Assembly: GCA_021432655.1 (NCBI GenBank)
Contig: MU271485.1
Location: 1 to 54,295 of the forward strand
Length of the DNA: 54,295 bases
From: Atractiella rhizophila
Taxonomy: Eukaryota
Direction: 5' to 3'
A model generated the notes under the pieces. That model made no database searches, was not told the DNA's origin, and saw only the letters and a program-made list of their open reading frames with translations. Shown here piece after piece: positions 1 through 12,501 of this stretch (its first letter is position 1; every line of letters starts with the position of its first letter). The translations under genes and the position numbers were made by a program.

Positions 1-2172
1 CCTCCTCCGCCCCAACGAGCTCACCCCTGGCATCACTGTCGCGGAATACGAAGCCCGGAGACAGAATTTGATGCGTTCTCTTGAGCGGGATGGTGTGGTG
101 CTGGTCAGCAGTGGCGAGGTGAAGTGGATGAGTGGAGCTGTTTTGTGAGTTTCCTCCATTTTTACTTTGAGGGAACAGCAGGTGTGAGGTTGAGGGTGTA
201 TCTTACACTTTAGGAGCTTAACCCAGCTAGAAACTTTGGGTTGTTCCAGTCGTAGTAAGAGAGACTTTATGGCACATCCAGTTGATAACGCGCAAACTAA
301 GACATAGTGTTGCGCGCTGCTTGCTGCACATTGTGCCTGGATGATACGCAGCATTGCTTAAGCCTCTGAAATGAAGAGCAACAACATTTCATCCAAGTAA
401 TTTCTTCAACGTTTCTATGTGCCCCTCATGTCGCTGACGGAGATGCACGATGCTCACTTAATATAAACTGAGAATCTAAATCTTCTTTGAGATGGTTTAT
501 CAGAAACCGAACAGAGAGTAAACCAATGAAGTCGAAATGTCCTAGTTGGAATACTGATCTGCCTAATCACCTCCAGTTATTCCTTTCGACCGTCATCGTC
601 ATTTCTGTATTTGACTGGATTTCTATCACCGTCATCATTTCTTCTTCTGGGTCCGTCGTTATTCCCAACCCCTTTCCATCAGCTTACAGCTTGTGCTGGA
701 TAGGTAGAAAAATCAGCATCATCCTCCAAGGGCTACGACATGACACTCTTTGTACCGCCAACAGATCCCGAGCAAGAGCGATGGAACGGCTGGCGCACAG
801 GTGGGTTCACCCCAATTTCTACTCCTGTATTGACTGCGGCATAAAGGTCTCGATGAGATGCGCACCGTCTTTGGAGCTGATAAAGCTTATCCCAACGATG
901 CACTTCCAAGAATACTGCGGGAGAAGTTGAGTGCACGGCGAGAGGGAACAATTTTCTTCGATTCTCCTGTCCCTTCATCCTCGTCATCTCGCTCAAACGG
1001 ACAAACGCCATCGATGTTGTCCGTTCTATCGAAATCTTGGAATTGGAAAGCTCCTTTTGCGAAGGCTGGGAAAGGAGATACGGACTATGTCATGAATGTG
1101 CTCAGTGGAGGAGGTGCAATGGAGGTAGGTTACTTATCGCGCTCATGATGTGTACCAACCAACCGTGCAGGTGAAAAGTTTGGACAAAGTATTGGATCCT
1201 ATGCGGCTCATCAAGAGCGCTGCCGAGATTGCAGTCATGGAGAAGGCGGCATCAATAAGTGCTGGAGCCCATAGAGATGTACACTCCTCTACCCTCGTTT
1301 CTTATGTCCGCTAACTCTCGACTCCGCAGGTCATGGCGTTTACACAAGAGACAGGAACGGAGCATGACATTGTCACTCGCTTTCGATATGCCAGTGGCAT
1401 CCAGGGCTCAGAAGTCAGTCTTCATTGTTCCTCTATCCCGCGCAAACTGATCAGGAGCAAGCACAGAGAGAAGCCTACATCCCCGTCTGTGCTAGCACAC
1501 CGTCGGACCCTCTCAAACCAATCCACTACACAACGAACCTTTCCCGCCTCTCACCCCACAACCTTGTGCTGCTAGATGCAGGAGCAGAGTATGGTCTCTA
1601 CGCATCCGACATCACCAGGACATTCCCCGTATCCAAATCCTTCACGCCTGCCCAAGCAGAGCTTTATCAGGCTCTGTTGGAGTGTCAAAAGGAGACAATA
1701 GACATGATTGGAGGTTCTTCAGGAGGCTCATTGAATGCACTCCATCGTTTCAGCTTGGAAGCTCTAAGGGTGAACCTACTCCAGATTGGCTTCAAAATCG
1801 ACATCGGCGTATTAGAGCGTGTGCTTTATCCTCATTTCGTTGGGCATTGGATTGGTCTGGGCAAGTTGGCGTTGTTTCTCTTCCGTCTGATAGTCTGATT
1901 ATGCGGTAGATTTGCATGACACCAACTCCGTTGGTAGAGACACTCGATTCGATAATGGGATGGTGATCACGGTCGAGCCCTCAGTCTTCGTACCCAAAGA
2001 TCGAGGCTTTCCAAAAGCATTTGAGGGACTAGAGATGCGGATAGAAGATCAGGTAGTCATTGAAACAACAGGGGATGGACGATTACAAGGTCGAGTCATT
2101 ACCCATGAAGCTCCGAAAGAGCTTGCAGCTGTAGAAGATGCCTGTCGTGCTAGAATAGACTCCAGCCGCTAA
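1..2172 (+). CDS. ICP55: Xaa-Pro aminopeptidase (M24B), mitochondrial intermediate cleaving peptidase 55-like; multi-exon, 5' end outside window
   Basis: Spliced exons read LLRPNELTPGITVAEYEARR...MSGAVF|YSFRPSSSFLYLTGF, and later LLDAGAEYGLYASDITRTFP, YPHFVGHWIGL-D-LHD, VITVEPSVFVP and MRIEDQV, the M24B metal-binding motifs. Stop TAA at 2170-2172. Confidence 0.88.
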
Positions 2173-3317
2173 TCACCCCATATGTTGCTGCAACTTTATC
2201 ATTATTTTCCTCATAGGCGAATGACGACAACTGCCACTTCAATTATCATTGAGTAATCTGAGCGTTGCTCAACAGACGGTGCTGCTCATACTTCATTATA
2301 AACATTGAGTGAATAGGGCCATGGAGTGGGTGTGCTGCCAGCATTGCTAGATAACTGGCAGATGTTCTTTATGCAAGGATCCATGATTCACAAATTCATT
2401 GTCTTTGAAGCCAGCGACGAAGGTTCGGACGAAGGTGTCTAGTCCAATCTTTCAAGCAGTCAAACTCGCAAAGTTCCTAATAATCTAATAATCTAGTAAG
2501 ATCGCTTCTCTTCTTTTATGACGAAGAGGAGAGATCCAAAAGGAAGATGTCTCAGCAAACAGGACTGAAAACGATCCTAATTGAAAATTACCACTCATTT
2601 AGTGCCCAATAAACACGCATATTCAACATCCCCTAACGCAGCAGGCTTCATATACCTCTCCCTCACGGCCATTCTGTCGGCGGCACGCTCTTTGTCATAA
2701 TCACATTGACATGGACTTCACCATGAAGGCCCTCGCCGATCATATCTGAATGAGCGAATACGAAAGGCGACTCTGGACCAAATGTTGACCTTTCGAACTT
2801 ATTTATTGAAATCGACGTGGAACATGTGTTTGGCATTATCATCGTCTTCGTAAAGGATCTTCAAAAAGTCGAACACCTATTTCGCCGCGCTGATCCGCAA
2901 ACTGTCCCCACCATAACGCTAGCTGGTGGATCTCACGCTGAACAATTCTACTCAGCATGACCCATCAGAGGGTAGTCAGCCGTGCGATACTTGATAGGTT
3001 TCTGAAAGGTGCGTTTATGGACTGTCAACCCAGTTAGATTATCACCTTGTTTAAGAATGATACTCACGAATGTCGCCCACGGGAGTGTCCCTAGTAAGAA
3101 TATCGCAACGCTCTAGTACCAAGCTCTACATCGCTGGCTAATGCCGCTAGCAAAAATGTATCATGTATCATTAAAATAGAACATGTAGCAGTTTCGTTGC
3201 TTGCCTTTCTTGGAGCCGAACAGCAATTAGTAAACCTTGAGAACCAAACAAAGGACATCCATTTTCTCTCAAAGCACTCCAATTCCCATCTATCACCCTC
3301 TTCTTATAATCGGTACC

Positions 3318-4049
3318 ATGGACGAGAATGTAGCATTCATAATATCACTGGGCCTAATTTTTTTCTTTATACACTGGCTTAGTCCGTCCTTTTCAGTCAT
3401 CCTCTCTGTGCTTTGCTAAACAATCTCACATGTTGCGTGCAGGTAAGCGGCCTAGCACTCCCTCTACCGCCAGGGCAGCTCCACGTCGTCAAGTACCTCA
3501 GTCAAAAATTGATCAAGTTGCGAGCATGTTCCCTACTCTCTCGACGGGAAGCATAAAGTACGAGCTGGAGAAGAATGGAGCGAACGTGGAGCGAGCAGTG
3601 GAGAAGATTTTACTCGAGGGCTTTCTTCCTGAAGTCTGTCCCTCTCTCGTACTCTACAGCCGACTTTACACTAAATCAAATCTTTCAGCCCCCAGCGGGT
3701 TGGTTTGGGGAAGAGAACCCGCCACCGCGTCCTGCAGCACCTGCTCAATCTAATAATCGCTCGACAGCGATGGCAGGGACCGCTGTGAAGCGAGAAACCT
3801 TGATTTCACGCTTAGGGATGGAAGCGAAAGTCGAGGAGCAGGATGCGGCTTGGAAGGAAGCAGGAATAGTAGGGGTCAGGGACTGGACAGAGGCGTTGCC
3901 AGATGGAGATTTGAAGGAGAGGAAAGTCAGGATGGTTTTGGACGCGAGGAGGTTCGTCCATTGCCACTCTCATTCTCTGTAGCAATGTCTAATCCTTCAC
4001 TAGGAAACTATTGGAAAAGGACGAGCGCGTGAGGAGGGGGGAGACATAG
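3318..4049 (+). CDS. CUE-domain ER membrane protein (Cue1/Cue4-like), 4 exons
   Basis: N-terminal TM anchor MDENVAFIISLGLIFFFIHWL; CUE motif IDQVASMFPTLSTGSIKYELEKNGANVERAVEKIL; C-terminal TLISRLG...LKERKVRMVLDARR-KLLEK; GT-AG introns join the frames. Confidence 0.8.
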
Positions 4050-4389
4050 CCTTTCGATCCTTTAGTGTTGCAATTGCACTCCCTCTACACTATAACTTTC
4101 TAGCTTGCACCCGCCGATCCTTTGTTGCTCTTCACTCATTGCCAGCCGCATTGAATTTTGAGACTGTTCCGTCGAAAAATAGTCCGACTCACGCCTCAGG
4201 GCATCTTCCTTCAGGTGTTAGCCTAGGGCAAAGGCTTATAAGAATCTTTCTGTATCAAGTCGAATCTCCCCGTAAATGCAATGGAACACTCTATCTTTTG
4301 AATTGCAACTATAATAACAAAAAGCGAACATTGTGGAGTATTTCTACATTTTACAGCAAGGAACCCAGTTAACAACAACCCATGGACGT

Positions 4390-5977
4390 TTAGTCGACTT
4401 CCTCGACTGACGGACCGTCACCTCCGGCACCAGGGAATCCACCAGGAGCACCGCCAGCTCCAGGGAAGCCACCAGGACCGCCAGCGCCAGGGAATCCACC
4501 CATTCCGGGCATACCGCCTGGGGCACCTCCTGCTGACTGGTAGAGACGAGTAAGGATGGGATTTGCGATGGCCTCAATCTCCTTTTGCTTGTCCTGGTAC
4601 TCCTCCGTCGCAGCCTCTTGGGAGGCGTCGAGCCAGGTGATGGTCTCCTGGATCGCCTTCTCGAGGTTCGTCTTGTCCTCGCCCTGAAGTTTGTCCTTCA
4701 AGTCACCCTCGATCGAGTTCTTGAGGTTGTAAACGTAGGATTCAAGACCGTTCTTAGCGCTGATACGGCTGGCGGCAGCTACATCCCAATCGAGCCCAGG
4801 TCAGTACTCCATTCTCAATGCTGAAGGGAAAGTAAACATACCTTCATCCTCAGCCTTATACTTCTCAGCCTCGGCAACCATGCGTTCGATTTCAGCCTGG
4901 GAAAGTCGACCCTTCTCGTTGGTGATCGTGATCTTGTTCGACTTTCCGGTGGTCTTGTCGGCGGCGTTGACATTCAAGATACCGTTGGCGTCTACGTCAA
5001 AGGTGACCTCGATCTGAGGAACACCACGAGGAGCAGGAGGGATACCGGACAGCTCGAATTTGCCCAAAAGGTTGTTGTCCTTTGTCCGCGCTCGCTCTCC
5101 CTCGTAGACTTGAATCAAGACACCAGGCTAGTACAGGAAATCGAAGTCAGTCTTGACAGCCACACGAAGGGGACATGATGACATACCTGGTTGTCAGCGT
5201 ACGTAGAGAAGATCTCAGACTTCTTGGTGGGCACAGTCGTGTTCCTCTTGATGAGAGCAGTGAAGACACCACCAGCGGTCTCAATACCGAGAGAAAGGGG
5301 AGAAACGTCGAGAAGAAGGATTTCCTGGGTCTTTTCAGAGGTGTCACCGGAGAGGATGGCAGCTTGGACGGCAGCACCGTAGGCGACGGCCTCATCAGGA
5401 TTGATGGACTTGTTGGGCTCCTTTCCGTTGAAAAAATCGGAAACGAGCTTCTGGATCCTTGGGATACGGGTCGATCCTCCAACGAGAACGATTTCGTGGA
5501 CGTTGGCCTTGTCGATTTTGGAGTCGCGAAGGACTTTCTCGACGGGCTCCATTGTCGAACGGAAGAGGTCCTGGCAGAGTTCCTCGAAACGGGCTCGGGT
5601 GATAGAGGTGTAGAAATCGATGCCCTCGAAGACTATATCCATTATGTATCAGCATCTGTTAATCGCGAAATCAACAGAGTAACTCACGAGAATCGATCTC
5701 GATGGAGGTCTGAGCGGCGGAAGAGAGAGTTCGCTTCGCCCTTTCGCAGGCAGTTCTCAGACGACGAACGGCACGAGCATTTCCAGAGATATCTGCTAAG
5801 CCTGTTAGCGCGCCATTCATGAAGATGAGCAGTGAAAGCGTACCTTTCTTGTTCTTCCTCTTGAACTCCTGAATGAAGTGGTTGACAAGTCGGTTGTCGA
5901 AATCCTCACCACCAAGATGGGTATCTCCCGCCGTCGCCTTGACTTCGAAAATTCCGTCCTCGATTGTGAGGAGAGAC

Positions 5978-6009
<32 letters not shown>

Positions 6010-6761
6010 CAACACGTTCCTCTCACCCTCCACCTTTTTGTCGAGTCCATAAGCGATGGCGGCGGCGGTGGGCTCGTTAATGATACGGAGAACGTTGAGT
6101 CCAGAGATGGCGCCAGCATCTTTCGTTGCTTGACGCTGGGAGTCGTTGAAGTAAGCGGGGACAGTGACGACGGCGTCCTTGACCGCCTTTCCGAGGTAAG
6201 CCTCAGCCTGTCGAGATCGTCAGTTCTCATCGCACATCATCGTAAAGTAGGGAACTCACGGTCTCCTTCATCTTCATCAGAACCATGGAGGAAATCTCCT
6301 CAGGCGTGAATTCCTTCTCCTCTCCCTTGTATTCGACCTTGATCACTGGCTTATCCCCAGCCTTGGCCACAACCTTGAAAGGCCAGTGCTTCATATCAGC
6401 CTGCACCTCGGGTTCAGCGAACTTGCGTCCGATCAAACGCTTCGCATCGAACACGGTGTCTACGCCACACGATCAGTATGCAGCCGCTTCCATAAGACGA
6501 ACATCACGCACTGTAAGGGTTCATGGCGACTTGATTCTTAGCCGCATCACCAATGAGACGCTCGGAATCGGTGAAGGCGACATAGGAAGGGGTGGTACGG
6601 TTACCCTCTGCACATCGAAAGGTGAATCAGCATCTTTGCATCACTTCCCGATCAAAAGGAGACAACTCACGATCATTGGCGATGATCTCCACTCGATCGT
6701 TCTGCCAGACACCAACACAGGAATAAGTCGTCCCCAAATCAATTCCAATAGCTTTCGACAT
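4390..6761 (-). CDS. SSA1: Cytosolic Hsp70 (SSA family), multi-exon
   Basis: Starts [20 protein letters not shown]; contains [23 protein letters not shown] and a GGMPG/GGFPG-repeat tail ending GPSVEEVD. Confidence 0.97.
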
Positions 6762-6846
6762 GTTTCCCTTGCGCTATTTAGTCTAGTGGCGTGAAGATGT
6801 GATCGTTGTTTTTTTTTTTGCTGGAGTGAGTGTGCGATGGCCTGTC

Positions 6847-6889
6847 TTTTATACAGAGTTTATGGAAAGTTTTGGAGCTTTCTAGAAGA
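6847..6889 (-). promoter_or_regulatory. TATA box and heat-shock element upstream of Hsp70
   Basis: Minus strand TATAAAA at 6847-6853. Alternating nGAAn/nTTCn units (core TTCTAGAA) at ~6864-6889, ~100-130 bp upstream of the SSA ATG. Confidence 0.65.
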
Positions 6890-7426
6890 CGGTTAAAAGT
6901 GGATTTCCGCCGTGAAGAATTTTTCCTTTGTGTTGACTGTACAGAGACGAACAAGCCGTTCTTTGCCACCACTCTTTCGGGTCTCGGGTCTATACTTTTC
7001 TCAATGGTTCTCAATTTTTCCAGGTGATTCTTCTCTGAATTCTGGTGGCGATTGTTGTTCAGCCCAGCGCTCTGAGTACAAGACTTTAGTTTTACACGCG
7101 ACATCTGGCCCAGCAGCGAGGTGGCTGAAATAATTACAGTAACTTATGCCATGAGCACAACAACACAATGACTTTACAGCATCTGCTGGAAGTGGCGCCA
7201 GTTGCTTCTAGGTGCTAGCATGGTCTGATACAGATGCTGCTCCTCGAAAGCAAATGCACGACCAAATATGCAGCCAAGCATGTGTTGCCTAACAAATCGG
7301 CGCGACTGGTTGTTTGACTTTGTCCTGCATTTCTTTGAGGCCAACAAATTCCTCACCCGCCAACCTCAACTCTTAACTACGTTACAACTCTTCCACACCG
7401 TCCAGTCACCACAAGCTGCTCATGCG

Positions 7427-8231
7427 ATGATACGCCGCCTCGCAACCCCGACCTCAGCGCTCCAACCGCTTTCCTCGTACCCACCTCCCCTGCCCGTCCC
7501 CATCAAAGCCGCCTGCGTCCTCTCGCGCTCTCCCCTCGTCCTCCCCCCGCTCTCTCCCTTCGAACGGCACTACTACGCCTACCAGCGTCTCATCCGTCGC
7601 GCGCTCGGCGCCCCCGTGCTCCCCCAATTCTGGTTCAAGGCCGGCTCGCTCGCGGAGCGCCAGTGGACGGAGCGGGAGAATGTGAATCGCAAGTTGATTG
7701 AGGGCGGGAAGGCGTGGGAGATCCAGGACGGGGATTTGAAGAGCGTTGAGGTGCCGAAGACGAGGGCGGATAGGGAGGGCGATGTGAGGAGCTTGAAGAG
7801 GAGGCTGGACAGGAGTTTGTACCTCCTCCTCAAATATAAGGATGGCGGATGGAGGTTCCCCACTTCCAACGTGCGGGATGAGAATACCTTGGTGGACGCT
7901 GCGCTTAAAGGATTGGAGGAGCAGATTGGGAGGAATGTGGACGCGTGGAACGTTGGGCGGGCACCAGGAGCGGTGTAAGTAGAAAAAGAGGAATATGTCC
8001 GTTTCTCTCTCTATTTCTCCTACACATTCCCTTAAAATTTTTAACATTTGTTCGGTATTGACGATTGATTGGAAACAGACCTTCTTCCTCCCCGTTCGGT
8101 TACTCCACGGCCAAGCTGCGATCTCATCACCGTCCGTGGAAGATTTCGCTTGGTGTACTCCAGAGGAAGTGAAGGAGAAAGTGGGCAAGGCATATTGGGA
8201 CAGCGTGGGGGTCATGGTTGAAGGTGTGTGA
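7427..8231 (+). CDS. MRPL17: Mitochondrial ribosomal protein mL46 (54S L17), 2 exons
   Basis: IKAACVLSRSPLV...FERHYYAYQ...FWFKAGS...TRADREGDVRSLKRRLDRSLYLLLK...WRFP...WNVGRAP, then intron, then TFFLPVRLLHGQ...DFAWCTPEEVKE; matches the fungal mL46 pattern. Confidence 0.9.
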
Positions 8232-9721
8232 TCACGTCTTCCGTACGGAAGTGAGAGGGAGAGGGACGGCGTGTTTGCTTGTTTTTCTGTCAGGACGGGA
8301 CATGGGATAAAAGTAATATATGATAATTTACTGCTCTTCCTTCAATGCTCCTCTTTCCCGCACTGCGGGTGACTACCATCCAAGCAAAATGTTGTGTTAA
8401 ATGTCACAATCCTTGGGTAAAGTAGCTCCCGCTTAGCATCCAATGCACCGTTGACATTGGAATAGGACCTGACAACACGGGAGAAAAAGTAATTTAAGTG
8501 TGCCTTCTTGAGTCTAACAACACTTTGGTCGTTGGGCTCAAAGGCAGAGCCAATTCTTCTACAGAGGTAAGTGACAAAGAGAGGTATGGCAGACAAATGA
8601 GAGGGCTTAATGAAATGTCTAGACCCTCCAACGCGTATACCGACCCTCGCGTACATTTCTTTGGGGAGAGTTGCTCCGAGTGCAACAAAGCAGCCTCTGC
8701 ACGCAAAAGGTCAAACCTCATCACGAATCTCTCGATATTTGACGTCCTTGTCAGCGGAAGAACCTCACGACCGAGACTCGAACAGGCTCAAGACTTTCTC
8801 CTCCAATATCACGTCGGAGTGCGAGTATGACTACAGTAAAAACTGCCAATCTGAACCCGACCTTGGAATGGAGGCGTTAAACGAGAAGCCACAATGGGGT
8901 CCAATCATGCGGAGCTCGAACAATCGTGGATAGTATGAAGATTGAAGCTTCTCTAAAATATCTCAACTTGCTGATTGGAATATGCAGGAGATTAGCCTTA
9001 TTGACTAGCTTTTCAAACTGTCCTCTCAACATGGAATATTCTCAAACAATCTGATCGATTCCAGTCCTCCCTCCGACATCTGTTTGCTGTTTCGTTTATA
9101 AACGCGGGATTAAAGGATTCATCAAACCCGAACGCGTTGGATCGTAGTCCCCTCTCCATCTTGATAAACATTTCAAAATTTAGCGGAGTATCGAGGCAAG
9201 ATATTCCACCAGCAACAATTGACCCGCTGATCGGAGAGACTAGATATCCTCCTTCCAAATGTTATTGTTGCGCGAAATATTGTAAGACAGTTGGGCAACA
9301 ATAGGACCCTGAAGCTACTGTTATCTTTCAAGAAGTATCAAGAGTTTGCTTGTGCAAGCCAAACAACAAGATGATGTTGTACAGACGCTTCCTTGGTTTT
9401 GGGTGGTTTAAACAGGATGTCTATCATGGGTACGTAGCTCCCCCGCGCCTTCTCTCAACTGCTATTGACATATATATCGATAGAGCACTTGAACGATTTG
9501 GAACCGTTGAGAATGAAGAGACTCACCCGTCATTGTTGAACACCCTACAATAACCTTTCTCCCCCACTCCATTATTCCTGCTTACATCTAGCCCTCCTCC
9601 TTCTATAGCCATGGACTACGTTGGTTGTTAAGTGCGAAGAAATGGAGAGGCGCTCCTTGTCCATCCATATTACGTGCACGTGACGGCAACACCTTGTTCC
9701 CTGCTCCTCCAAATTTCTCGA

Positions 9722-11528
9722 ATGTCAACTCAGACCATCATGTCATCTCTCTCATCGACGTGTGCATCTGAGTGTTGCACCTCACAAGTTCTGTCTACGA
9801 CAATTATCAACGACACAGCTCGATACAGAGGTGAGCACCTCATTTTCCACTTTCCCTTGTTATTCTGACGAGTAAATTCCCTTTTCAAGCCCACATATTG
9901 GATTCGTATGGAGTAGATCTCAAAGAATACGATTATATTTCTCCCGCTGGTGAAGGGAGTAGTTCCGTTGTGTTTCGATTGGAAAAAACGGGAAGAGAGG
10001 CTGTAGCACTAAAAGTAAGCTATTCATTACTTTCCTCGCAACAAGGGTGCTGAGACGACTTTCCACAAATCTTCTCAGCTATGGGATCACGAAACAAGGG
10101 ACGATGAAGTTGCCAGAGAAGTCAGGAATCTGCATTATCTCAGAGGTATTCCTGGCTCCAATGAATATACCTCACGTTTCTTGGCATTTTTGGATAATGG
10201 TAGTGAGGTAATTGTTACTTGCCTCGAATCGGTTGTAGCATTGACCATATATGACCCAGAACAACGAATCATTATTTACATTAGGAGTATTTCTTGAATA
10301 TCTCACCGAAACCTCGATTAGCCGTGACTTGCTTAGTTTCACCGACGTGAGTTATTTTTCTGCTACAAAGGCACTAGTTAATTGTGAGCTTCTGAGGTTT
10401 AGATGCAAAGATTCATGAGAGATCTCTTGAGGGCTGTCAGCTTCCTTCACTCAAACGGAATCTGCCACAACGATCTGAAATGGTCCAACACAGGCATGAG
10501 TCCATCGAGAACCGTACGTTTTTTTTTTTTAGCTCGTCGCTGTTCTGAGCATGATATTCATGCGTTCCAGTTGAAGCTACTCGACTTTGGACTTTCTTCC
10601 CTGTATGCCCCAGGGCGATTCTTCGAGGTTGTCCCTCTTGGAACACTTTGTTACGCAGCGCCGGAGTTGCTCTTTGCCTTCCCTTTCTTCACGCCAGCAG
10701 TCGATATGTGGTCCATTGGTTGCATGTTCGCTCAGCTGGTACGACCTACTCTAGCTGAGAAAGTCTTCTGCTTACCTGGTCATTATTTATTGGATAGATT
10801 TTTCGGTTGTACAAAGGGCGAACAATATTTCGGGGGAAGAGAGGAGGGGAAGAAGGGATCCATGACAACCTCCACTCGATCGCAGAATATTTTGGCTATT
10901 CGAATATGGGAAGGTTGCTGCGCTCCTTCACAGAAGAGGCGTGGGTGAGGGACGGATCGGAGTGGACGCCGGGACATGGGGTCGAAGTGTAAGCTGACTG
11001 AATTCTAGGCTTACTCTGGCGCGTCTGATGATATTACCATGATAGAACATTTTTCGATAGACCACCTCATCATTTTCTAGATGGATTTAGCAACTTGTGG
11101 GAGTATTTTACGTATCGTGCTCATGGAGACGCTGGCGATGTCGACTGCGCCGTCTCAAAATGGGAGCACCTTCTCCCCTACATCGTGGCCGAAGCTTGGG
11201 ACTTTCTCAATTCTTTCCTTCAGCTATTCCCAGATGAGCGAATATCAGCTGACGATGCTCTGGACCATGCCTTCATGAGTAAGTGTTTCACGTTTGAACG
11301 TTTCTTGTGGTCAGTAAGTCATTCGCAACAGCGGCAGATTTTACCAGTTGCGATGTAGCGGTTCTTAAGGCGCATAGAGAACACGAGCAGATGGAAGGGA
11401 AAGAAGCAGGTGCGGAGATCGAAGAGGCCAAAAGCAAAGGATGGAGCGATAATACGAGCAGTGATGAAATGGCAGGTGGTTCATGGGAGGAGCGGTTACA
11501 AGGACAAGGAGAGACCTCGTCGGATTGA
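9722..11528 (+). CDS. Divergent Ser/Thr protein kinase (CMGC-like), multi-exon; start uncertain
   Basis: Exons give GEGSSSVVF...VALK, CHNDLKWSN, LLDFGLS, GTLCYAAPELL, DMWSIGC and ERISADDALDHAF; kinase subdomains I-XI are present. Confidence 0.8.
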
Positions 11529-12501
11529 TAATCCTCTCTGGGCGCTCGTTAGCTTAGCGTGTGATTCAATTGACCATTGATGATTGATTATGGCGAGGCG
11601 TGATTTTCCACGTATCCGTTCTCTAATGTGAATGCGGCCGAATCTGAGTAAGACTTTCTTCTTTCTTCCTCCCAATTACAGCAAAGCACACCAACAAGTG
11701 GTATGTGTCTGTATATCCCAGCAGTTCATGTCTGCAAACAATTCGGCGCTTTAGAAGGTTGCGTCGGAAATCGAAAAAGGTCTTCAAACCTTGTCAAATC
11801 AAAGCAACAAGTAACAACGGCAGAGGAAAACACTGTGCCGAATTTGCGAGTTGGCGGCAAGACGAAACAAATGGAACAGTACATGGCTGTTGAATACAAG
11901 CGAAGAGGAGAGATGCTTAACGTCTAACGTTACGGCCTGAGCACTCTGTGCAAGGACGAACGATCAAAGAGCTGATTATGTATATAATTATGGACGTTGC
12001 AAGGAACGATATTCGAAAGCTAGAAAGCGACCATGCGAGGAACGGGGAGACGACTTGAACGCGTGCATTTTCCAGAGGTTGATCGTAGATGGATAACGAT
12101 TTTGACTTGGAGAGGGTTAAAGGAAGCTTGTCGCTTAGTTTTCTGTTGAGGACAATTTCTCTTTTGCAGCCTCCGCCGGACTGTTACCTGCACGACGGAG
12201 CACGCGTAGTACGCCAGAACAAAGGCATGAATTCTGCACGAGATTTACGTGGAAGATCGGTCCCGATCATTTTGCAGCAATTCGATGGAGCAACATCACG
12301 TTGACCGAACGCTAGAAGAACTTTCCGGCCTCATTTCTTTCTTTCGGATTGGGCTTCCTTCCTTCACCCCTATAAATACGATGGACCTTCTCAACCGTCC
12401 CCAAGCCAGCTGCTCTCTGCTCCTCCCAGCTTCTCAGGCCCACAAGAGACTCATTTGTCCACACTCTCCTTACCCAACTCACTCTCCTTCAATCAACAAA
12501 G

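Noticed and set aside
205..230. TTAACCC in the long intron as a telomerase RNA template
   Set aside because: Lacks the ~1.5-repeat CTAACCCTAA template; too short to be meaningful.
4139..6794. Long plus-strand ORFs opposite SSA (and minus-strand ORFs opposite KAR2)
   Set aside because: Well-known antisense shadow ORFs caused by Hsp70 codon bias; no independent motifs.
8342..9560. Short ORFs between MRPL17 and the kinase
   Set aside because: No recognisable motifs or consistent splice model; possibly decayed sequence.
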